A DNA stretch of 63,760 bases, the filler included, from Syncephalis fuscata S228 (taxonomy: Eukaryota; Fungi; Zoopagomycota), in assembly GCA_025786725.1 (NCBI GenBank). It is 5 parts of 5 records of this genome, joined end to end, with 100 filler letters (N's around TTAATTAATTAA, not from the genome) between each part and the next. Parts side by side here need not be neighbours in the genome. Positions count along the whole stretch, not along the records: positions 1 to 26,601 come from JAHLTZ010000110.1; 4 more parts are not named here. One strand, 5' to 3'. Positions 11,936 to 25,009 of this stretch are shown piece by piece (position 1 is the stretch's first letter; every line of letters begins with the position of its first letter). The translations under genes were made by a program, and so were the position numbers. The notes beneath the pieces were generated by a model that searched no databases, was not told the origin of the DNA, and worked only from the letters and a program-made list of their open reading frames with translations.

Positions 11936-13092
11936 CTAAAATACTATTTTGTATTGTATGTATCTCTTCTTGACCTCTTCTTTTGATAATTCGTAGTCTT
12001 TGGTTTTAAGAATTATCTTGTACAATTTTCCAAGTACTCCCCAAAGGGTCTCGTTATAGTCATTGATTAGTGCTTTTTTCACACCTAAACTCAAATCTTT
12101 GGAGTTCAAATCAACACTGTCAGCATGAGACCTGTAGAATAGATATCCATTTTTATCTCCAACAAAGTCTAAATCAAATATCAGTGCCATTGTAATGCAG
12201 ACTAAAGTTCAATCAAACTTACTATGATCCATTTTGCTAGGCATCCAGCCTATTGTGCGCATGTATTGCAGACCTAATTGATACTATGTTATAATGCTTA
12301 TACTATTTGTGTGCCTGTTTACCTTTTGAAATTCGTTCAACATATTTCGTTGCAACTTCAATTGATATGTTTCCTCCTGCAAAGATATCTTCTAAGGCTG
12401 TGCCGCCATCGCTTTGGGTGCCCAAAAAGCATTCAAGCTTGAACTTGGGCTCAAATACTCGCTGTTTAGGTCCAGATACATATTCAGTACCTTCATAAAG
12501 CCCTGGATGCGTTTGTGAAAGCTCATAAGCATCCTGTTGTTATTCAAGCACGTTAGCAATAGTCCAATATTAAATGTGAACATACCTTAAAGAATCGGAA
12601 ACTTGGTGCTTTTACTTCGTCATCTCCGCAAATAAATTGAACTTTGCTGTTGCCTAGTCTTGATCTAGTTACAATATAACCACTTTCGTGATAGGATGCT
12701 TTTTCAATAAAAAGACCTGATATGCCGAATGCATCGTATACTCTTAGTTTTCCTTTAAATATTTCATTAACTAATGTGATTTTGAAATTTTAAAATAAAA
12801 ATACAGATTTAGGTTAGAATACAAGTTTAGTATTGTCTTTCAATCTCATTGAGATTGATTTGACGGCATAGCCGACTTGATATTGTATCATACCGTCAAA
12901 CCTTCGGATGGTTGATTCTTTCTGTCCTAAATGTTCCTTGCGCTTGTTTATTACATCCTGAATCTCTTGAGGTACTACGACAGATGATGCAACAGATGCT
13001 GAATCAGGTGGTGGGGTAGCATTTATGGCGGATACTAGTGTCGATGCAGCAACCACGAGAGCAATGAGAGGCTTGGGATTGGAAATTATCAT
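11936..13092 (-). pseudogene. Disrupted secreted protein with weak protein-kinase-like C-lobe similarity
   Basis: Signal-like LIALVVAASTLVSAINA and an early stop at 12814. Downstream fragments YVERISKG/LQYMRTIGW and ALIFDLD recall kinase helix E and the DFG region, but no HxD motif is present. Confidence 0.35.
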
Positions 13093-14374
13093 GGCAATTT
13101 TTAATCGTTTGACAAGGATAGCAAGTTATATATTTTATGTAAAAGTGGAATTTGTAAAATGCCTCTAGAGATAGCAGTATAAGCGAAGTGTGTATAGGAA
13201 ATACACGGCAACAGATGGTCAAACTATGGACATTTTATAGCAAATTTGAAAAACTGTAGCTGATTAATTATCCAGCATAGAAGATAATGCGGATGTGCCA
13301 CATATAAAAATAGCTGAATTCAAAACGGCTGCAACATCGACTGCAGCTCAAAAAGGCAATCTACATAATGATAGGAAAAATAAATGAGCTGAGACTGCTA
13401 GCACATCAATCGTAGACCAAAAAGGTAAATTTGTGTACGATTATGTATGGGTGTACCAGACTTGGAACTACTACAAGTAAATATAGGTTTCAACTCTACA
13501 TGGTTTGATTGTCAAGCGATTTGCATATAGCTTTTAGAAACATTCATTCCGGTTTAAAAATAGAAAACAAGCATTCAAAACAATGATAGTTATTGTGGGA
13601 TCCCATGTTCAATGGTTATAGAAATACCACAATTATGTACGTATGTTTTGAACAACTATTGCTTACAGCTTCATTTAGATATAGCCTTCATTGCCGTTGT
13701 ATGTAGATTGTGATGGCTCTCGGCGCATATTGAACATATTCACGACTAAGATAATGTTTACAGCAAGGTACTATTTACTAATGTAATATTTTTGCATAGC
13801 TATTTTACGAGTGATTGTATCAACTATAGCATTATTAATGCATTGCCATGTCCGCAGTTATAGTCTAGCAGATTATAAATCAATAAATTATATAAGTAAT
13901 CGCATATTGCAATTATTTTTATAAAATTATATACATGACTATTGCCATATCATCACTGAATTATAATCATAGTATCTCATTTGATATCAGTAAATTCGTA
14001 ATGTGAAATTTAAAAAAGGGATTTAGAGTGCTGGCCCAAGCCAATTATTTAGTATTAATCGCAAATAAAACTAGCCATTATCAATTCAGGCGCACAATAT
14101 CCACAGTAAAATAATGTTTAGCTACAATAAAAAGATTAACTACGATACTTTGATCAGCAAATGTCTGCTAATTTCATATAGTCAATTAACTTTAATAATA
14201 TAATAAATCTACTGATTGAAAGCTGAATAAACCAGAGCATTGGCTGGAACTTGATATACGTACATAGACTAAAAGACAGATATTGAATAACCTTGAGTTT
14301 TTTGAATATATACCTAAACATGGTAAACTAAATGCTCAATTACTCTGGCAGCTTTAATGTTTTGGAATCATAGA

Positions 14375-17248
14375 TTATTCTAATATATAATTAAATACAA
14401 TGTTTTGCACAAAATTAGTGTATAAGCAATTATACATAATGCCACCTACTGCCTATTAGTATCAAGTTGTTTATACGCACAGTACATAGTATATGATTAG
14501 CGTATATTTAGTTGCTACGTTATGCCACTTACAGTCTATTAATATTAGATTGTTAATACGCACAATTCGTAGTATTTGATTAGCGTATATTCAATTAATA
14601 TATAGCATCACTTACTTCCTATTGGTATCAATTTGTTGTTAGATATAATATATAGTATGTATTATTAGTGAGTAATCAACTAATACAAAATAACACTTAC
14701 CGCCTGTTAATATTGAATAGTTAATATAAATGGTACATAAAACACAATTAGTAATTAGTTAATTAATGCAAAATGTAATTTACCGCCTATTAATATGATA
14801 TTGTTGATACGCGTAGCACACGGTGTGTAATTAGTGCATAATCAATTAATATAAACTATTACTTACATTCTATTAGTGTCAGGCCATTGGTATACATATG
14901 GTATATAAAGTGTAATGAGTGCATATCCTACTAGTATACAATGTCACTTACTTCCTATTAATATTAAAATATTAAATATGTATAGCTAATTAATATATGT
15001 TATCACTTACCAACTATTATAGCAAGTTGTTTGTAATATAATACATAGTATATAATTAATGTATAGTTAATTGATATACAATAACACTTACCACCTATTA
15101 CATTAAATTTTCAATACGCATATAATACATTATATAGTTGGTACATAATGAAACAGTATAAAAATCCTTACAAACTATTAATATTGAGTTGTCAGATATG
15201 CGCATTGCATAGCATGCAATTAGTGTATGAACTGTTGATATACAATGGCACTTACTGCCTATTGATATTAAATTATTTATGCCCACAGTATACAATATAC
15301 GATTAGTGCCCACTCAATTTATTTATAATAACACTTACCAACTATTAATATTGAGTTGTCAAATACGCGCATTATATAGCATGCAATTAGTGTATGTTTA
15401 GTTAATATACAGCACTGCTTACAAACTATTAATATTATGTTATTAAAGGCAATTGTATTTGATTAGCGCATAGTTAAAGCGTATAAAATAGCACTCACCG
15501 CCTATAAATATTAAATTTTTGGCAAAAGCATTGTATAAAATTTAATTAGTATAGAACTGATCAATATACAATGGCACCTACAATCTATTATATTAGATTT
15601 TGATACACCCATATAGTATATAATTAGTTTGTGCATAATCAATACATAGTTCCACTTACACCCTATGGATATTGAGTTGTTGGCAAAATTAGTAAACAAA
15701 GTATAGTTAGTACAAAGCTAGCTAGCTTGAAATGTCACTTACAGGCTATTATATTAAATTTAAATAAATAAAATACAGTTAGTACATAGCTAATTAGTAT
15801 GCAGCCTCACTTACGTCCTATTAATATTATTTTGTTGATAGATATAGCAGGCAACATGCAGTTAGTGTTTAGTTGATTATTATGAAATATTACTTACCAA
15901 CTATTAACATTATAATATCGATATTCACAGTACATAGCATTTAATTAGTGCATAGACAATTAGTATACAATTTCACTTACCGGCTATTAGTATCGATTTG
16001 TTGATGCACATAGTACATAGCATGCAATTAGTAATTAGTTAGTTAATATACAATTTCACTTACGGGCTAATAGTATTAAGTTATTGATACAGATGGCACA
16101 TAGTATACATTTAGTATGTAATCAATCAATGCACAATGTCAATTACCTCCTATTAATATTGATTTTTGGTACAAAAAGTACATTGCTTAACTCATGATTA
16201 GGTAGTGTAAAATTCCACTTACTAACTATTAATATTAAGTTATTAATATATAAGATGTGTAAGATTTGGTTAGTTTATAACTAATTGAGCTAAACTATTA
16301 CTCACGAGCTATTAATATTAAGTTAAGTACAGTGAATATATTTTAAGCAATTATAAACAAACTAATATGCAACTTCACTTACGACCTATTATTATTATTA
16401 TGTTTTATATATATATAGTAAACGACATGCAATTAGTGAGCTGTCAGTTAATATAAAATAATACTTACCGGCTATTAGTATTGATTTGTTGATACACATA
16501 GTACATAGCATGCAATTAGCGTATGATCAATTGATACACAATATCACTTACGAGCTATTAATGTTAATTTGCCATATAAAAAATTGTAAATTAAATTGCT
16601 AATTAGCATACAATTCCACTTACTTTCTATCCATGTTAATTTAAGAAATAACATTAATGAGCAACTAGATTGTTAATCAACATACAACACCACTTACTCA
16701 CTATTAATGTTAATTTGACAAATAAGACAATAATCAATTAAAATCTTAATTAACATAAGATATCACTTACACCCTATTTGCATCAATTTAGGAAATAACA
16801 CTAGCGATCAATTAAATTGTTGATCAACATATAATACCACTTACATTCTAGTAAAGTTAATCCAGTGTATTATTATTATAAACATAGTATTTTATCCACT
16901 AGTTTATAGCAAACTTACTTTTGTCCAATGATGTTGCTTGAACTATTTTACATTAACAAATAATACCTAATTAATCTACAAATAGCTATTTATAACCAAA
17001 CCTACCGGCTGTTTACATGTGTTTATCATGTTTATTACGTAGATGGCAGCCTGCTGTAAGTATCAAAATAATGGTTCATGGTAATGGCTTACCCTCTAAT
17101 ACTGCCATTAGCCAAACATAATCCTATTGCATATTTATTGTAATTTTGACATACTACGACGAATTATAGATGGTTTAGCATCCGCTATATTTATATTGGC
17201 TACAAAAGCCACAAAGATAGTAAAGACGACGACAATAAAAAACTTCAT
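14375..17248 (-). CDS. Micro-exon gene 2 (MEG2): secreted Pro/Gly-rich 4-Cys prepropeptide, 73 aa, 36 exons
   Basis: Exon 1 (17248-17155) = MKFFIVVVFTIFVAFVANINIADAKPSIIRR+A. Then 3-nt exons at 17093 and 17006, a 24-nt exon at 16942-16919, 31 more 3-nt exons from 16845 to 14450, and a last exon at 14379-14375. Introns are 56-84 nt, all GT..AG. Spliced: KAVQATSLDKKWLKTPGPLRAPVGPWYCVFGICVGKCGGNCK*. Confidence 0.88.
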
Positions 17249-18627
17249 GGTGATTTTACTTTGATGAAAAACAAGCAAAGCTAGTACTAATGTATATTTA
17301 GTATAAATTGGGTAGTAGTTAATGCTTAGCAAAATTGGAGTGTAGTGATAATATCACATACTATTACTTGTATTTTGTGAGCTATTTAAGTCTTTGATTA
17401 TGATGAGATAAGTTCAATATGGATTGTATGGAATATGCCATTAAGACGCAATGTGGGCCAATAATACACGTCTACACAATGTTTTGAAATATGTGTATGC
17501 TTATAAATTAATGACGTGTTAGTATACAGACTAACTCTTTGTCTTAACTTGTTCTGCATTTAGACAATCAATAAGACAATACCAACTACACAATACATAT
17601 GTGATATAAATAAACAAGCCAATCTGCATTGTGCTTTGCATAGTACGACAATGCCACAACAAAGGTCGGATGGGTTTTATAGGAACAATGACGACAGTGT
17701 TACTGTTTTCTGTTCTCAATTTTTTCAAAAAAACCCAACAGTAAATATTTGCATACAATTTAAACAAAGAACGCTAGATCGCAGCGAATCTAAAACATTG
17801 TAACTGTTTACAAATTTATACTATTATATATAATTTATCTTTAACCTATTCAATTATAAAAATGTTTGGATTATTTCACGTACAAATCAAATTTGATGCT
17901 ATGGCTGTTACTATAAAATAAATATTTATTAAATTTATAAATGTATTACATTTGAGCACATCGTTGCACATATCGTGCCATTTCCGCCGTCTTAAACAAT
18001 ATATCTTTAAAATTATCTAGAGTTTGTTTCACGGTAAGCATTATTTGTAGTGTGGTATACACGATATTTTAACAATAAAGCAATTTGCACAATCACGAGT
18101 GTCAGTGATTGTTTATACGTGAGACAGCCTATATTTATCCAATTGCAGACAACATAATTTGCAGATACTAGGTTACAAACACTGTATAGTTTCAAACAAA
18201 TACTAACAGTTTGAGTACACAATAATAGTGAACCATATATAGAACAGTGATCATACAGGGCCTGGCTAATTTTCAACGCTTCTATAAAGTGATTATGACA
18301 ACAAAGGAACAACAAGCAATAGAAAAAAATAAAGATTTGTGGAATTCAATCTGCAGTCACATATCCAATATAATAGAAAAGTAGACTGAAGGAATATAGC
18401 ATTGAGTGTGCAATCCATATTGGATCGAATCTTTAGCAATAGTCATCGAAAACTATAAAATTCTAAAAGGTAACACGAGTCGATTGGCCTGTGCCCATCA
18501 TTCCTCTATTAATCGAGACATCGGATGTTACCGCTAATGCCTAAAAAGATGGATTGTGTTTTATAGCTGGACTAGCCTTGTCCACATCTTTTTTTACCTT
18601 TAACACAGCGAGTTTTTTACTGTCTCA

Positions 18628-20055
18628 ATGAACGCGCGTCTGCACTGTCCTGTTCACGGTTTCCACACTATTCTATGCGACGCAGATGGACAACGCCGTG
18701 TAGCTGCATCTCCGCCCAGAGCAGTGCCCTATCCCGTTCTCATTCCTGATGCGTCACCGCGACGTGCATCATCCCATGTTCAGGCCAATGACGAACCATT
18801 ATCTTCGTCCTATTCACCTTCTCGTTCAAGGTACAAGGGACAACTTATGGCGGGTATTGGCCGTGCAACATCACTATCATTTCATAGTAGTGGTATGAGT
18901 AGCGAGGACCGTGTCCAAAAGGCTATACAGTATGCAGTTGATAACGGCGAAAACACGGTCGATTTGAGGTAACTAGTCCTTATAATATACTATATGTGGT
19001 TTATTGACCAGCAATATCTATACCATCAACGCATAACAATGACAGTGGTTCGTTTTCTTTACAAGATACTGATCGTATTCGTGTGTTGCCATCGGATATT
19101 GGCGAATTACGTCATCTGACAGTGTTGCCGCCGATGCATTGCGAATCAGACCACAAATCATCAAATGGATTACAATTATTTTTAGGATTCAATCTACTTA
19201 AAGATCTGCCTATTGAATTATATGATCTTCGCAATTTAACGGTGCTTGGATTGCGTAGGTCAAGCATGATTTGGCTGTTAATTGTTATTAATTGTATGTA
19301 TTTATTTAGAAAATAACCAATTGGCAGAACTTTCGTTTCGTATTCGACAATTGACTAAACTAGAACGTTTGAATCTAGGCGGAAATCAATTGGTGAGTTA
19401 CAGCCTATTAATGTAATAATATCATGGTCCAATATTAAGCGTTAAATAATAGGAAACACTGCCAGGAGAACTATTATGGCTACCCAGTTTACGTAGTCTT
19501 ACCGTACTCCCCAATCCACTACGCTCTTATTCCGCACTCAATAAGCGACAGCAAGAATTACAGGTACATTGGCCATCATGGCCCTGTCTTCTTCCAGCGT
19601 GGATTGTGCAGCTAAACGTCCAATGGGTATGCTTACGTTGGGAACCGCTACCAACTTTAACGGAACTATGTGCGCGTCAAGCGCTTATTTATCCCGATGA
19701 TTTAAACGCTATACGGCACTGTATGCCAGGACGTATTCGAGATATGCTCGATGAGGGAATGCATCGACGCTGTATTGCCTGTGGTCTATTTTTTCTACGT
19801 GCTGGTGTCAAGATGATACTTTGGCTTGATTATCTCGGTGCTCGTGAATTGCCGTTTCTTTTCCGCTTCTGTTCTGTGGCATGTTTGGAGAAACCAGGTG
19901 AATTACAAACTCGTCTAGAACGAGACTTTTCCCGTCAAATTACAGCATCGTCGTCGTCGACATCATCAGTATCTAATAATGGTTATAATCGCCATAACAA
20001 TAATGAGCCACATCATCATCATCATAATCATCATCATAATCCAATGGAGCTTTAA
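18628..20055 (+). CDS. Leucine-rich-repeat protein
   Basis: LRR units LPSDIGELRHL, LKDLPIELYDLRNLTVLGLR, LTKLERLNLGGNQL, then LPTLTELCARQ, a CxxC...CxxxC segment and a His-rich tail. Confidence 0.8.
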
Positions 20056-20117
20056 TTGCCTTAGTCGATGTATTAATAAACTTTAGTGTATTTTTCATTT
20101 ATTTTTTATTTGCTACT

Positions 20118-21366
20118 ATGAATGACACAGAATTGCCCGTTCAAGATAATAACGACTTCACACTTGTGACGAAACGTGGTCGACGTAATCGTAATAAGAA
20201 AATGAGCGCAGGTCAAGCTAATGACGACGAGGCAACAAGAAAAGCCAAAGCTTTTGGGCGGGCTAGTCAACGGATCGCTGAATTCTGGTAAGTGTACTGC
20301 GTGCAGATAGGCCAAAACTTATACGTCTATGGTTCTATTGTCACTCGATGGCATTTGAACTATCTAGCGATGAATTACGCCAAAGTGCTGTCTATGCTCA
20401 TTTACAAAGTAAGCCATCAACTGTAATAAGAGATCAGAACAAACGTTTAATGCAGTCTATTCAGCACTCTTTAAAAATGAACTAAATCATACATTACCAC
20501 GATATCTACTTGTCTATGGACTTGGTTCGATGATGACATCGAGAGAAGCATGCCGCCAGCTAGCATTATGTCAATTATTGGCTGAGCACCTCAAGGTAGC
20601 ATACTATACACTTGATTAAAGCCATTTCATCAACTACTGATTGTATCTATCTACTAGTTGCCCGCCAACAGTGTCCGAGGATATGATCCTATTTGGACAG
20701 TAGAAGATTGTACACTATTTAAGAATTGTGGATTCGGATGTATTGAACAGAATGAAGCAAGTCAATTTATTCATATCCATTGGATGGACTAACTAATATA
20801 TGCTATGATGTATACAGCGTGGCTATTGTTCACTAGCCGACTGTACTCTCGTTTATATGCCGCACTGTCCCAAAGGTCTATACGAGAATGTATTGGCTGC
20901 AAATTGGCACCCCGATCGATTTACGCATTTAATTCTACTTGGTAATTGTCTTGAAACCTATATTGCACGGTAAATATACGTTTACATTTATAACATTATT
21001 TATTAATATTAATACGTATAGATTAACTAAAACACAGTTACATAAAGAACTGCCACATGCTGAACAAATATCCTTTTTGTATGCAACTTGCATCAATTAA
21101 TAGATATTCTCTGTATTTCTTAACAATAACACGCCTGTAACTTATTAGTTATGCGATATATTCAGTTAAAGCGGACACGCCAAGACTCTAATGACTATAC
21201 ATCAGACATGTTGGAAGAGGATAAACGACAATTTGATGATAACCATCGTGCATTTAGTGAATTATGTCTACAATGGCCTGATCCACAACGATTATCAGAT
21301 AAAGAACAAGAGATCGACTGGAATCTACCAGTCAATGCTATCGATGATCCAGAGTTAATTAATTAA
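20118..21366 (+). CDS. SRR1/Ber1-like protein
   Basis: DFTLVTKRGRRNRNKK N-terminus, LLVYGLGS, RQLAL, GYDPIWTVED, LVYMPHCPKGLYENVLAANW, ILLGN, RAFSELCLQW. Confidence 0.8.
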
Positions 21367-21495
21367 TCTGCATTATTATTAATAAATAGACATTTGTATA
21401 AACCATTCAATCAGCTATTTATGAATTAATTGCAATGATGTTAAATCTTCTTTACTAAATTGTAAGAATCAATCATTTGCATAATGAATACGCCA

Positions 21496-21938
21496 TTATT
21501 TCTTGTTCCTATTTAATAAATACGCGTGTAAATAAATACATATATATATAGAATACGTGTAGTAATAGTGTTACTTACAAGGTCCAGACGCTAGCTATTA
21601 ACGAGAATAAATCGATCGACATAAAGGGTCAGCACGCTGTATTACAATCAATAGTAAGACTTACCAAAGAATGGAAGGCCAAAGCCAACTGCGCAATAAG
21701 TAGTGAATTTCACGGCTAGACCAAACTTGTTCTTGGTAGAGAAGGGCAGATTCTACGCGTAGATGATCAATAGCACGCGATAAATAGATCAGATCACGTA
21801 TAGTCTAATTGAAGTATCACTTACTTGTCCGTGGGTGTTCTCAGCGTGGAACATACGGCGCTGCACTTGTCCACGAGTAACGGGAGAAGTCGCCATAACG
21901 GCGCGACGCATAACTGGACGAGCAGCAAGAGCAAGCAT
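21496..21938 (-). CDS. COX8: Cytochrome c oxidase subunit VIIc (yeast Cox8 family), 4 exons, absent from ORF track
   Basis: MLALAARPVMRRAVMATSPVTRGQVQRRMFHAENTHGQ/NLPFSTKNKFGLAVKFTTYCAVGFGLPFF/ASVWT/LNKK*, with GT-AG junctions. Confidence 0.85.
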
Positions 21939-22202
21939 AGTGGAGTGATGTGGTGCAGTTGCACGAGTGTTGTTAATAGACGACTGGAGTATTGAAAAAG
22001 AGAATCCGGCAAATAACGGAAAGGAGAAAGAAAGATGATCAATTTAGAAGCATGAATTTTAATTAGTTAATTAACATTAACAACATTTATATAGATAGTA
22101 TTGCATAACCACTTTAATTTATTTCCCCTTTCTTAATTAAAAGCAAAGGCGCCTTTATTCAATAATGGTGGCGATTATGTTGTGGAAATTGTTTGTTTAT
22201 AT

Positions 22203-24737
22203 TTATGGTTCCAAACGCTTTGGGTCACGCGGGAATAGAGATGCCTTACGGATATTGCCCAATGAAAGGAAAAGCATTAAAACACGCTCAAGACCTGGTC
22301 AATTCATTATATAGCATTATTAATTACAATTCATGATTAAACTCGTTCAAGGCACTACTTACCAATACCACCACCAGCATGAGGAGGTGTGCCATACTTG
22401 AATGCATTAATATACGGTTCAATTGAGACTGGATCAACACCGTGTTCATCGGCACGCTTTCTCAAGAATTCCGAGTCGTGAATACGCTGGGCACCTGACA
22501 TAATTTCCTCACCACGAATGAAGAAGTCATAAGAGTTTGAATATCCCTATAATAATAATAAAGTAATTAGTAGTTGGTAATGTTAATAAATAGGTTATTA
22601 TCCTGTTGTAACATAGTTTGGATACATGATAGATACGTACAGGCATATTTGGGTCGGGCATGGTGTAGAAGGGTCGTACAGACAATGGGAATTTGTCAAG
22701 CATGTAGAAATCGGTCTTGTATTTCTCTTTGACAAGCTGGCCAAGACGACGCTCTGCTTCAGTTGACAAATCATCAAAATCGCCAATCTCGTAGCCTGAT
22801 TCACGTAGCATTGCTACACCTTCCGGATAAGTAAGACATAGAGTCTTTGGTAGATATTGTAGTGGCTCAAATGGATGCTGACGATTAACAACACCAATCT
22901 CTCGCGCATAGCGTTGATTCAAACCATCAAAGATAAATACGAATAGCTCGCCAAGTAGATCAAGCACCTTGATAGATAGACAGATTAGAATGGGTATATA
23001 GTTTAATAATTGATTCTAATATATAAATAATATTAGCTTACTTCATGATAATGTTCCTGGAAGGCCATTTCCAAATCGACACCAACAAATTCGGTCATAT
23101 GACGATGCGTGTTGGAATCTTCAGCACGGAATACTAAATAGATTACGTAGAATAAGCAGTATTAGTAGCTGTATTGGATCAACAATTTATAGTATATCTA
23201 TAACTTACCAGGAGCAATCTCAAACACTCGGTCAAAATCGGCACAGATGGCCATTTGTTTGTAGAACTGTGGTGATTGAGCAAGATAGGCAAAGGCTAAT
23301 TTGTATAGACAATAAATAGCAACTCAATAGCTTAAACTGGCTGCTTACTCTTAAAATAGCTAATCTTAAATACACTGGCACCACTTTCACTGGCAGCACC
23401 AAGAATCTTTGGCGAGTGGATTTCTACAAACTTGTTTGTAGCAAGAACTCGCGGAAAGCTCACAAATACCCGATTGGATACGGAAGATGGCTTGACCTGT
23501 AATGGTCTATCAATATAGTCATAATGGTATAATTAATAGATTAGAATGTCATTCCGTAATAATAGATTTATATGTAAAAGCAATGTACTTACGCGAAGAT
23601 CAATAACACGATTGTTAAGACGTGTATCAAGATTAACACGGCTAAACTGGCTATCTTCCTACTCATAATAGTATACATGCTGAATATAGTGGACTATTAA
23701 TAGATTTAATAGCTTATTTACCTTTTCATATTCTGCATCTGGTCGGGAAGCATCTTCAATCGAGAATGGTAGTTGAGGTACAGCTTCGCTTTCTACAAAC
23801 AACTATATCATAACAAACCTATTAATTATAACAATATAGTATAGTATAATATAGTGACTTACGGAAAGAATATGTAATTCTACATCTTGTACCGTACAGC
23901 TACGAATAGGCTCCGGTGCTTTATTGACTTGAGCCTCAACTAGAACAATCGATTCATTGGAATGCTAATATAAAATATCATAATACAAGTAATTGATCAA
24001 CCAATTAATTAATAAGTATATTTGACCAATAGTAATTTATATAATTAAATAAATTACCTTACAGCAAATTTCAACATTTTTTTGCTTACACGCTCCTTAT
24101 CGGCCACCAACAAGGCTTGTACCGTTGAATACTGGTGGCGTAGCAAGAAGAAGCACATTTTAGCACCTAAAGATCATTTAATAAATGTATCCAACTGTAG
24201 TGATTATCCACTTACCTGTTGGACGTGAATGCTGTACACGGGCCCGTAAAGAATAGTTTGACCGGCCAGATCGGCAGTAATATCCTTAATAGCAGTACGT
24301 ACTCGACTAATATAAACAAGTAGCGTTATATTAGTATATTTAGTTGTTTGTTTGTTATCATTTATTTATACATCGACATCTCTATAGATCAATGGATCAC
24401 CTACCAGTACGCTCCTGAGATTGATTCATAGGCTTTTTGCCATAGTATTCAGTAGAATAATCAACCTCGTTGGCTTCACGGGCTGCTTTGTCGGCAGCTT
24501 CTTTTGCCGCACGTTCTTGCTTCTTTGCCTCCTTTTTCCTTCTTGGCTTGAAGCTTCTTGAAGGCCTTTTGAGATCTTGTTTCCTTCGTCACTGTATATA
24601 CGTAATATTAATACCATGTAACAGTATTAATTACAACAGTTATAGTAATACGCACTCATAGAAGACTTCTTCTGACTCGTCTGGATTGCGACAACGTCTA
24701 CCGTTACAGGTGCTGCCTGTGGTTGAGATTCTGACAT
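22203..24737 (-). CDS. DPS1: Cytosolic aspartyl-tRNA synthetase
   Basis: [83 protein letters not shown], ending [11 protein letters not shown]. Small frameshifts are present, probably assembly errors. Confidence 0.96.
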
Positions 24738-25009
24738 TTTAGCGAATTAACAATCAATAGCCAACGTGTTAACCAGTAGAAGGTGAAAAAGAGCTGAAAT
24801 GATAAAAGAAAAACTTCAATTTTCAATATGAATAATGATGATGTAATGATGATGATGATGTTTTACAGATAGATGACGATTAAAACTGTCATTATGAATC
24901 AGGACGTCGTTTTTCCTCTTCTTTAAAACACTTTATATTTTGAAAGTGTACACTGTAGCCAATTTATTACAATTCATTGATAGCTTAGTCTTGTGTTTTT
25001 ATTATTACT

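Noticed and set aside
15098-15699. ORF-track ORFs inside the arrays (also 38822-39016 and 39464-39664)
   Set aside because: They are chance read-throughs of intron repeats, rich in I/Y/C/N, with no protein features.
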